NCBI GenBank assembly: GCA_038208905.1
Contig: JBBQYG010000039.1
Span: 1-28,544 of the forward strand
DNA length: 28,544 nt
Source: Candidatus Sumerlaeia bacterium
Lineage (GTDB): Bacteria > Sumerlaeota > Sumerlaeia > SLMS01
Reading direction: 5' to 3'
Shown: positions 16,413 through 23,895 of the stretch, in pieces
Layout of the letters: each line of letters starts with the position of its first letter
Position numbering within the stretch: the stretch's first letter is position 1
The notes under the pieces: generated by a model
What the model was told of the DNA's origin: nothing
The model's database searches: none
The model's input: the letters and a program-made list of their open reading frames with translations, nothing else
Translations under genes and position numbers: made by a program

Positions 16413-18881
16413 TTAGTCGGTTGCCAGCGCCGTTACGGCAGGCGCGGCGGGGGCGGAAATTTTGGTGGCGGGCGGCGGGGTCAGGCGGGGGCCCTGCTTC
16501 TCCAGGAACGTGGCCAGCCCCAGCGCGAAGTACAACACGAAGAGGCACACGCCGATGAACATCACCAGTCCGTAAACCTGGACTTGGCCGTTCTGCAGGC
16601 GGCGGAACTCGTTGGCGCAACTACGCGCGAACGATCCCACGCCGTTCACCGCGCCATCGACCACCTTCTTGTCGAACCACAGCACGGCGGCGTACAGACG
16701 CATGAATCCGCGCACGAAGATCGAATCGTTGATGTCGTCCCACCACCAGCCGTTCCAGGAGATATTCCACAGGGGGCTGAAGGCGCGCTTCATCTTCTCA
16801 GACTTGCTCAGGTCGCCGCTGCCATAGAGCACCCACGCGATGCCGAGACCAAGCGCGGCGAGCAGGACGGAGACAACGGCCAGCATCACCTCCGGACCAT
16901 GATAGCCGAAGTACATCGCGCCGTCCTTGGTCACGTTGCCCACGACGATCGGCCCATAGGGAGCCGCCGCGCCGGTGTAGCCGTGGAACTGCGTCGCGAT
17001 ATTGTGGACGCCGCGGTCGGTGACGGGCTCCAGGAAGTGGTGGAAGGCGCTGTTGAAATCGCCGAGCGGGAGCAGGCCCTTGGGCACGTTGAAGAAGCCC
17101 ACAACCAGCGAGGCCACCGCCAACACCATCAGCACGCCGGTGATGGAGAGGGGCGATTCCTTGACCTTCTCGAACTCCACGCCGTGATGCGCGTGGGCGT
17201 CGTGGCCGTGGTCGTCACGATGGTCGTGGTGATGGTCGTCATGCCCCGCATGGGCCATGCGCGTCTTGCCAAAGAAGGCGAGGAACAGCGACCGGCCCAT
17301 GTAGAAGGCCGTCATGATCGCCGTCAGCACCGCCAGCACCCAGAGCACCGTGTAGAACCCGTTCCCCTGGCCGGCCATATAGACGAAGTACAGGATCTCG
17401 TCCTTGGAGAAGAACCCGGCAAACGGCACGATGCCCGCAATGGCCAGCGTGGCGGATAGGTACGCAAGGAACGTGAGAGGCATCTTGGACTTCAAGCCGC
17501 CCATCTTGAACACGTCCTCCTCGTGGTGCAGAGCGTGGATGATCGATCCCGCTGCGAGGAAGAGGCACGCCTTGAAGAAGGCGTGGGTGAACACGTGGAA
17601 GATGCCCACGGCGAATCCGCCCACGCCGATGGCGAGGAACATGAAGCCGAGCTGGGACACCGTGGAGTAGGCGAGGATCTTCTTGATGCCGCGCTGCGTC
17701 AGGCCGACCACCGCCGCCACAAACGCCGTGGCCGCGCCGATCACCGCGATCACCACCAGCGCCGAGGGCGCCAGCATGTAGAGCACGTTGAGCCGCGCCA
17801 GCATATACACGCCCGCCGTGACCATCGTCGCCGCGTGAATCAGCGCCGAAACCGGGGTCGGGCCCGCCATGGCGTCGGGCAGCCAGATGAAGAGCGGAAT
17901 CTGCGCGCTCTTGCCCGTGGCGCCCAGAAACAGCAGCAGCGCCGCCGCCGTGATGATCGCGCCGTTGTAGCCAAAGCCCGCGGGCACCTCGCCCACGGAA
18001 AGCTTGTGGATCACTTCCTGGAAGTCCAGCGTGCCAAGTCCCCAGAACAGCAGCCCCATGCCCAGGATCAGGCCGAAGTCGCCGACGCGGTTCGCCACGA
18101 AGGCCTTCTTGCCCGCGTCGGAACACGACAGCTTCTCGCTGAACGGGCGGTCGTAGTAGTATCCAATGAGCAGGTAGGAGCAAAGGCCGACGCCCTCCCA
18201 CCCGATGAACATCACGGCGAAGTTGGCGCCGAGCACCAGCGTGTACATCGACGCGGCGAAGAGCGCCATGTAGCTGAAGAAGCGCGCATAGCCCTCGTCC
18301 AGCACCACGTGGCCGTTGCGCTCCTCCTTCATATAGCCCGTGGCATAGATGAACACCAGCGTGCCGACGAAGCTGACGAACATCAGGAAGACGGCGGTGA
18401 GTTGGTCCACGTGGAGCGCGAGGTCGATGACCATCGACTTCTCTCCGGAGAAGACCGCGGGAATATCGATCCAGCGCCACAGCGAAACGTAGCCGCCCTG
18501 GCCGCCGCGGAACTCCGTCTCCCAGGGCTTCACATTGGCGGGGTCGGCGACGCGGATGAAGGTGTACTGCGCCTTCATCGCCTCCTGGCCCTCGTGGCTC
18601 AGGCCGTTCCAGTAATTCATCCCCGCGTCGGCGCTATGCGTCGCCGCGTGGGCGTGCTCGGTGGCGGCATGGTCGCCGCCCTCGTGGGCGCCGTGCGCGA
18701 TGTGCGGCGCGGCGGACTTCACCTGCATGAAAACGAGCGTGGCGATGATGAACGTGGAGCCCATCGCGCCCGCGGAAATCAACCCCGCCAGCGCGCCAAG
18801 ACGCTTGCAGAAGACACCGTTGACCAGGGCGGCCAGCGCCATGATCGCGGGAATAAGCCAGACGAATCCAATCGCGTCCAT
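16413..18881 (-). CDS. nuoL: NADH-quinone oxidoreductase subunit L (822 aa, His-rich insertions)
   Basis: GWEGVGLCSYLLIG, NRVGD, GKSAQIPL..WLPDAMAGPTPVSALIHAATMV, THAFFKA and GFFSKDEI motifs; AGGAGG RBS at 18894-18899. Confidence 0.96.
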   Translation of the reverse strand: MDAIGFVWLIPAIMALAALVNGVFCKRLGALAGLISAGAMGSTFIIATLVFMQVKSAAPHIAHGAHEGGDHAATEHAHAATHSADAGMNYWNGLSHEGQEAMKAQYTFIRVADPANVKPWETEFRGGQGGYVSLWRWIDIPAVFSGEKSMVIDLALHVDQLTAVFLMFVSFVGTLVFIYATGYMKEERNGHVVLDEGYARFFSYMALFAASMYTLVLGANFAVMFIGWEGVGLCSYLLIGYYYDRPFSEKLSCSDAGKKAFVANRVGDFGLILGMGLLFWGLGTLDFQEVIHKLSVGEVPAGFGYNGAIITAAALLLFLGATGKSAQIPLFIWLPDAMAGPTPVSALIHAATMVTAGVYMLARLNVLYMLAPSALVVIAVIGAATAFVAAVVGLTQRGIKKILAYSTVSQLGFMFLAIGVGGFAVGIFHVFTHAFFKACLFLAAGSIIHALHHEEDVFKMGGLKSKMPLTFLAYLSATLAIAGIVPFAGFFSKDEILYFVYMAGQGNGFYTVLWVLAVLTAIMTAFYMGRSLFLAFFGKTRMAHAGHDDHHHDHRDDHGHDAHAHHGVEFEKVKESPLSITGVLMVLAVASLVVGFFNVPKGLLPLGDFNSAFHHFLEPVTDRGVHNIATQFHGYTGAAAPYGPIVVGNVTKDGAMYFGYHGPEVMLAVVSVLLAALGLGIAWVLYGSGDLSKSEKMKRAFSPLWNISWNGWWWDDINDSIFVRGFMRLYAAVLWFDKKVVDGAVNGVGSFARSCANEFRRLQNGQVQVYGLVMFIGVCLFVLYFALGLATFLEKQGPRLTPPPATKISAPAAPAVTALATD

Positions 18882-18886
18882 GCGGG

Positions 18887-19216
18887 TCAGGAGCCTCCTG
18901 CGCCGACGGGCGCGCTTCCGAGGGATAGGGAGATGATATTCTGCCAGGGAATGAGCGTGCGGCGCACCGGCTCCACATCGATGGACTGCGCTTCCGCGTC
19001 CACCAGCAGGCCCCGCTCCGTCACGTCCAGAATGTTAATCACATTCACGTCCGCCGCCGGACCAGCCTGCCATTGGGACTGGGAGCGCGAGACGAGGAAA
19101 TACGGAAGCTCGCGGAACTCCACCTCCACGTGCGGCGCCCCGCAGACATCCACGGCGTCCAGCAGGTCGCGCAGCGCGGCCTCTGCGCGAGGCGTGCATC
19201 GACAGGGCGAAAGCAT
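18887..19216 (-). CDS. Hypothetical 109-aa protein (orfX) embedded between nuoN and nuoL
   Basis: ATG 19216 overlaps the nuoN stop (TGATG). The stop at 18887-18889 lies 5 bp before the nuoL start, and the nuoL RBS is inside its last codons. Sequence MLSPCRCTPRAEAALRDLL...RRTLIPWQNIISLSL... It is the C-terminal part of track ORF 18887..20716. Confidence 0.8.
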   Translation of the reverse strand: MLSPCRCTPRAEAALRDLLDAVDVCGAPHVEVEFRELPYFLVSRSQSQWQAGPAADVNVINILDVTERGLLVDAEAQSIDVEPVRRTLIPWQNIISLSLGSAPVGAGGS

Positions 19217-20820
19217 CAGGGCGCGATCCCGCTGGCCAGGTGCTGGCCGACGCCGATGAAGAGCCACGGCAGCAGGCCGAGGACGAAGATCAGGATCCCC
19301 GCGCCGATCAGGTACATGCGCGTGAAGGAGGCGCTGGTGAACAGGCCGCACTGGTGGGCGCCCGTTCCACAGAGCGCCACGGCGCCATCCCCGGTCTCCG
19401 GCTCGCGCATGAACATCCGCGTCACCAGGCCAAGGTAGTAGAACGCCGACACCACGGAGGCCAGCACGGCGATCACCACCACGGCGGTGAAGCCATACTG
19501 CACGCCCTCCTTGAAGAGGTAGAACTTGCCCATGAACCCGATCGTCGGCGGCGTGAAGCCGATGCCCACCAGGCTGAACATCGCGATGCCCATGCCGAAG
19601 GCCGCGCCCGGATTGCGCCAGAACAGGCCGCGATAGGCCTCCATGTTGGACTCGCCGTCCAGGTGATACGCCAGCCCGAAGGCCAGGACGTTCATGATCG
19701 TATATCCGCCGAGGTAGAGCGCGATGGCCTGACGCACTGTTGCCGTCGCCGTCGCCAAATCGTCGCCCTGAAGCAGCGCCGGCAGGGAGACGATCACCAG
19801 CACGCCAACCATCATGTAGCCCGTGTGCGCGACGGAGGAGTAGGCCATCATGCGCTTGAAGTCCTTCTGAACCAGCGCCGCCAGATTCCCCCAGATCATC
19901 GAGACGATGGCAACCAGCCCGATGATGAATGCGGCGGAACCGGCAAACGGCTCCCAGAAGGAGAGCGCCGTGACCAAGTGAATCAGGAAAGCGAACGCCG
20001 CGACTTTGGAACCCGTGGCGATCATCATCGCCGTGGGCGTATTGGCGCCTTGGTACACGTCGGGCGCCCACATGTGGAAGGGCGCAAGGGTCAGCTTGAA
20101 GCAAAGCCCGGCGAAAACCAGCGTGAAGCCCAGGTATATCCACACCGGGTTGACGGCAACCGTCTCGCCCGTGATGAGCGTGTTGTAGCCGCTCGCCAGC
20201 ACCTGGCCCATCAGGTCGAGCCGCGTCGTCTGCGTGGCGCCATATAGGAAGGCCATGCCGAACACCAGCAGCGCCGATGCAAAGGCGCCGAGGATGAAAT
20301 ACTTGAAGGCGGCCTCGGCGGCGCGCCCGCTGCGCCGGTCGATCCCCGTCAGCACATAGAGGGAGAGCGACATGATCTCCAGAGAGATAAACGCCGTGAG
20401 CAACTCGTTGGACATCGCGAGGAGGCACATGCCCAGCGAAGCGAAGATGATCAGCGTGTAGAACTCGCCCGAGGGGATGTTGCGGCGCTCGATCAGGCGC
20501 GGGGCCAGAATCACCATCAGCAAGCCCGCAAAGAGGCAGACGATGCAGCAGATCTGGGCGAAGAAATCGCCGTAGAAGGCGCCCTCGACAAACGGACGCG
20601 ACGGCACGAGGCCCATGAAGAACGATGCGATGGCGGCGATGAGAGTGACGCCGGCGATCGGCGGCAGGATTCGGCGGCTGCCCTTCTTGTCGCTGGCGGC
20701 ATCGGCCACCAGGCAAACAATTCCCCCCAGGAGGAGGATCAGGAAGGGGGCCAGCGATGCCAGACTGATGTCTGGCACGTAGGCGACGATGTCCTGGATT
20801 TCCTTGTTGATCGGGTTCAT
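19216..20820 (-). CDS. nuoN: NADH-quinone oxidoreductase subunit N
   Basis: LEIMSLSLYVL, EAAFKYFILG, FKL..APFHMWAPDVYQGA, KRMMAYSSVAHTGY and PPTIGFMGK motifs. ATG 20820 avoids overlap with nuoK. Confidence 0.95.
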   Translation of the reverse strand: MNPINKEIQDIVAYVPDISLASLAPFLILLLGGIVCLVADAASDKKGSRRILPPIAGVTLIAAIASFFMGLVPSRPFVEGAFYGDFFAQICCIVCLFAGLLMVILAPRLIERRNIPSGEFYTLIIFASLGMCLLAMSNELLTAFISLEIMSLSLYVLTGIDRRSGRAAEAAFKYFILGAFASALLVFGMAFLYGATQTTRLDLMGQVLASGYNTLITGETVAVNPVWIYLGFTLVFAGLCFKLTLAPFHMWAPDVYQGANTPTAMMIATGSKVAAFAFLIHLVTALSFWEPFAGSAAFIIGLVAIVSMIWGNLAALVQKDFKRMMAYSSVAHTGYMMVGVLVIVSLPALLQGDDLATATATVRQAIALYLGGYTIMNVLAFGLAYHLDGESNMEAYRGLFWRNPGAAFGMGIAMFSLVGIGFTPPTIGFMGKFYLFKEGVQYGFTAVVVIAVLASVVSAFYYLGLVTRMFMREPETGDGAVALCGTGAHQCGLFTSASFTRMYLIGAGILIFVLGLLPWLFIGVGQHLASGIAP

Positions 20821-20845
20821 GCTGGTTGCGGGTTCGCTTTCGGAA

Positions 20846-21151
20846 TCAGCCGTGGAGGGAATCGTGCTCGTCGACGCGGATGTGGTGCTTGCCGCGGAAA
20901 AGCGAAATGAAGATCGCGAGGCCAACGCCCGCCTCTGCCGCGGCCACCGTCATGATGAACAGAACGAGGATGCCGCCGGAGAGAAGGCCCAGCTCGTAGG
21001 CAAACGCGACGAACGCCAGGTTGGCGGCGTTCAGCATCAGTTCCACGCTCATGAACAGCGAGATGGCGTTGCGCTTCCACATGACGCCCAGAATGCCGAT
21101 GGTAAAGAGGAGGGCGCTCAGCAGGAGGTTGGCTTCGAAGGTCAGTTCCAT
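20846..21151 (-). CDS. nuoK: NADH-quinone oxidoreductase subunit K
   Basis: [17 protein letters not shown] and [12 protein letters not shown] motifs; 101 aa. Confidence 0.96.
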   Translation of the reverse strand: MELTFEANLLLSALLFTIGILGVMWKRNAISLFMSVELMLNAANLAFVAFAYELGLLSGGILVLFIMTVAAAEAGVGLAIFISLFRGKHHIRVDEHDSLHG

Positions 21152-21158
21152 CGGTGGA

Positions 21159-21719
21159 TCAGGCGACCTCCTCTTCGATCAGGATCTCGTTGCCGTCCTC
21201 GTCCTTGCGGCGCGCCATCACGATGGCGCCGATCACGGCTACCAGCAGCAGCACCGACGTCAGAAGGAAGGGAGCGATGTATTCGGTGAGCATCAGCGTC
21301 GCCAGCAGGATGACCTCCGGCGTTTCGCGGGCCGCGATGGCGGCCTCCTTGGCGGCGGTGGCCTTGGTTCCGCCCGAGACGGCGAAGATCTGGATCCCCG
21401 CGGCAAGCACGAAGAAGAACACGATCGCCAGCGCGCCGCCCCAGAACCGCGCGTTGCGCAGGTACCACGGCGTCGTCTCGCGCTCGCGCAGGTTGAGCAT
21501 CATGATCACGAAGAGGAACACCACCATGATCGCGCCGGCATAGACCAGGATCTGGATCAGCGCCACGAACTCCTGGCGCATCATCAGGTAGTTCACCGCG
21601 ATGCAGAACATCACGCCGACCAGGCACATGGCGCTGCTGACGGTGTTCCTGTTGAGGAGCACGCCGAGGCCGAAGGCCACGGTGATCAGGAAGAGGAGCG
21701 TATAGACAAGTCCGGCCAT
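21159..21719 (-). CDS. nuoJ: NADH-quinone oxidoreductase subunit J
   Basis: [20 protein letters not shown] motif; five hydrophobic segments. Confidence 0.95.
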   Translation of the reverse strand: MAGLVYTLLFLITVAFGLGVLLNRNTVSSAMCLVGVMFCIAVNYLMMRQEFVALIQILVYAGAIMVVFLFVIMMLNLRERETTPWYLRNARFWGGALAIVFFFVLAAGIQIFAVSGGTKATAAKEAAIAARETPEVILLATLMLTEYIAPFLLTSVLLLVAVIGAIVMARRKDEDGNEILIEEEVA

Positions 21720-21756
21720 CGGTCGTCCGTTCGTGTGGCGCCCGGAGGCGCCGGGG

Positions 21757-22293
21757 TCAGTGCTTCGCCGCCCAGGGGTCCGACTTCGCCTCGGCGTCGG
21801 ACTCGGGGGTCACGTGGGAAATATAGGGATCGTAGTCGTGGTAGGTGCCGAAGCCCATTTCCACCGGGTCCAGCATGTCTTCCTTGGCCGCCACCGTGTC
21901 CGTCCGGCGGTCCATGGCCAGCTCGTAGGTCGGCCCCATGATGATGGCGTTCTCGGGACAGGCCTCCTCGCAGAAGCCGCAGAAGATGCAGCGCAGCAGG
22001 TGGATCTGGTAGATCTCCGCATAGCGCTCGCCCGCCGAAACCTGATGCTCCGGCGTGTTCTCCGCGGCCTCCAGATAGATCGCCTCCGACGGGCAGACCG
22101 CCGCGCAGAGCGAGCATCCGACGCAGCGCTCCAGGCCGTCCTCGTAGCGCTGCAGGCGATGGCGCCCGCGGAAGAACGCGGGCTGCTCGCGCTTCACTTC
22201 GGGATACTCCAGCGTCACGCTGCCCTTGCCAGCCAGGTACAGGACCATGTGGCGGGTGGCGATCGAGGCGCCCTTGAGGAATTCGAGGATCAT
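21757..22293 (-). CDS. nuoI: NADH-quinone oxidoreductase subunit I
   Basis: T..YPE and FRGRH motifs; two 4Fe-4S motifs, CVGCSLCAAVCP and CIFCGFCEEACP. Confidence 0.96.
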   Translation of the reverse strand: MILEFLKGASIATRHMVLYLAGKGSVTLEYPEVKREQPAFFRGRHRLQRYEDGLERCVGCSLCAAVCPSEAIYLEAAENTPEHQVSAGERYAEIYQIHLLRCIFCGFCEEACPENAIIMGPTYELAMDRRTDTVAAKEDMLDPVEMGFGTYHDYDPYISHVTPESDAEAKSDPWAAKH

Positions 22294-22320
22294 GATGCGT
22301 TCTCCTGGAGGCTCGGCAAC

Positions 22321-23709
22321 TTAGGAAACCAGCGCGGACCGACCGGTGGAGGTCTCCTCCGAATAGTGGCGGTAGTCCCGGGTCATCTGGGCCTTGCGGC
22401 GCGGCGAGAAGTACAGCAGGTCCCAGCCGAGGAACAGCGACAGCGTCACCGCGCCAAGGACCCATTTCGTCGCGAGTTCGATCTTTCCGTTCGGCGTCCA
22501 CATCATGTCCAGCGCCACGGCGACCGCCGTGATCACGAAGTTGATGAGGCCGAAGGGGAGCATGTACTTCCAGCCGATGTTCATGAGCTGGTCATAGCGG
22601 ACACGCGGCAGCGTGGCGCGCGCGAAGAAGAACAGGAAGATGAAGAACCCGATCTTGGCCGGCATGATCACCAGCGGACCCAGCAGGAACGATCCGATGA
22701 TCACCACCCAGTCGTATCCGCCCGTTGCCGCGCCGATCGCCACCCAGTCCAGCTGGATCGGCCCGAGGAAACCGCCAAGGAAGAGCGTGGCGCACATCGC
22801 GCCCACGATCACCATGTTGACGTATTCGCCCAGAAAGAACAGCGCGAAGCGCATCGACGAGTACTCGGTGTGGAAGCCACCGGTCAGTTCCGCCTCGCCC
22901 TCCGCCAAGTCGAACGGCAGGCGGTTGGTCTCCGCAAACATTGCGACGATGAACAGGATGAACGCCACCGGCTGGGCCACCACGTTCCAGTTCCAGAAGC
23001 CGCCGCGCTGGCCGTCCACGATGGAATACAGGTTCAGGCTGCCGCTGAGAAGCACCACGCCGATAATGGCGAGGGAGAGCGTGATCTCGTAGCTGATCAT
23101 CTGCGCCGAGGCGCGGATTCCGCCGAGGAGCGACCACTTGTTATTCGACGACCAGCCCGCCAGCGTGATGCCGTAAACGCCCACCGACGTGATCGCGAGC
23201 ACATACAGGATGCCGACGTTGGGGTTCGAGATGGCTAGGGCGATATGCTTGATCGCGCCGTTGGGACCAACCATCGCCGGATCGAGGCGCAGGAAGTTGC
23301 CCATCGCCGCCAGATTGTTCCCCTCGATCAGCGGGCCGACGGGAATCAGGCACAGCGCGAGGAACGCGGGAATCACCACGAGGCCCGGCGCCATCAGGTA
23401 CAGGACGCGGTCCACGCCACTGGGCAGGATCTCTTCCTTGAAGAAGAGCTTCACGCCGTCCAGGAAGCCGTGCAGGATGCCGAATGGGCCCGCGCGGTTG
23501 GGGCCCGGGCGATCCTGGACCCAGCCAATGATCTTGCGCTCGAGAAGGATCAGGATCGGGATGACCTGAAGCAGGCCACCGAGAATCAGCAGGATCTTGA
23601 CCAGCGCCGCCACGATGATAAAGGCGTAGGTGGCACCAATGAGGGGATCGTTGCTAAGGAAACGGCCGATGAAATCGAAGAGGGGCTGAAGGCTAAAGGG
23701 TAGCTGCAT
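22321..23709 (-). CDS. nuoH: NADH-quinone oxidoreductase subunit H (462 aa)
   Basis: ERK..GWVQDRPGPNR, AQMISYE, AETNRLPFDLAEGEAEL.GGFHTEYS and RVRYDQLM motifs. Confidence 0.96.
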   Translation of the reverse strand: MQLPFSLQPLFDFIGRFLSNDPLIGATYAFIIVAALVKILLILGGLLQVIPILILLERKIIGWVQDRPGPNRAGPFGILHGFLDGVKLFFKEEILPSGVDRVLYLMAPGLVVIPAFLALCLIPVGPLIEGNNLAAMGNFLRLDPAMVGPNGAIKHIALAISNPNVGILYVLAITSVGVYGITLAGWSSNNKWSLLGGIRASAQMISYEITLSLAIIGVVLLSGSLNLYSIVDGQRGGFWNWNVVAQPVAFILFIVAMFAETNRLPFDLAEGEAELTGGFHTEYSSMRFALFFLGEYVNMVIVGAMCATLFLGGFLGPIQLDWVAIGAATGGYDWVVIIGSFLLGPLVIMPAKIGFFIFLFFFARATLPRVRYDQLMNIGWKYMLPFGLINFVITAVAVALDMMWTPNGKIELATKWVLGAVTLSLFLGWDLLYFSPRRKAQMTRDYRHYSEETSTGRSALVS

Positions 23710-23757
23710 TCGACCGGCCTTGGATATTTGGGCTTGGTGACAGCGGGGGCCTGGGGT

Positions 23758-23775
23758 TTGGGAATTTTTTCACAA
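23758..23775. promoter_or_regulatory. Rex-type operator upstream of nuoH (1 mismatch)
   Basis: TTGGGAA-TTTT-TTCACAA versus consensus TTGTGAA-N4-TTCACAA. It overlaps the -10 of a minus-strand TTGCAA(23786-23791)-N17-AAAATT promoter candidate. Confidence 0.7.
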
Positions 23776-23895
23776 ACTCGCCCCGTTGCAAATAAGCCCT
23801 GAAAATGCGCCGCCAGTAACGGCGTGGCGTTCCCGTGCGTCAAGGGTGGTTTGATCCGCCGATTCGCCGCGCCCGGTGAACCGGTTCCTCTGATA

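Noticed and set aside
19217-20716. First 500 codons of ORF 18887..20716
   Set aside because: Arg/Gly/His-rich off-frame reading within nuoN. Only the last 109 codons look like a real protein.
14670-20820. Mrp antiporter or hydrogenase membrane module as an alternative identity
   Set aside because: Linkage with nuoG/H/I/J/K and the subunit-specific motifs fit complex I. No mrpE/F/G or NiFe large subunit is present.
15234-23238. Long plus-strand ORFs (741, 578, 335, 306 and 501 aa) opposite nuo genes
   Set aside because: Typical stop-poor antisense frames of high-GC genes, with no motifs or RBS.
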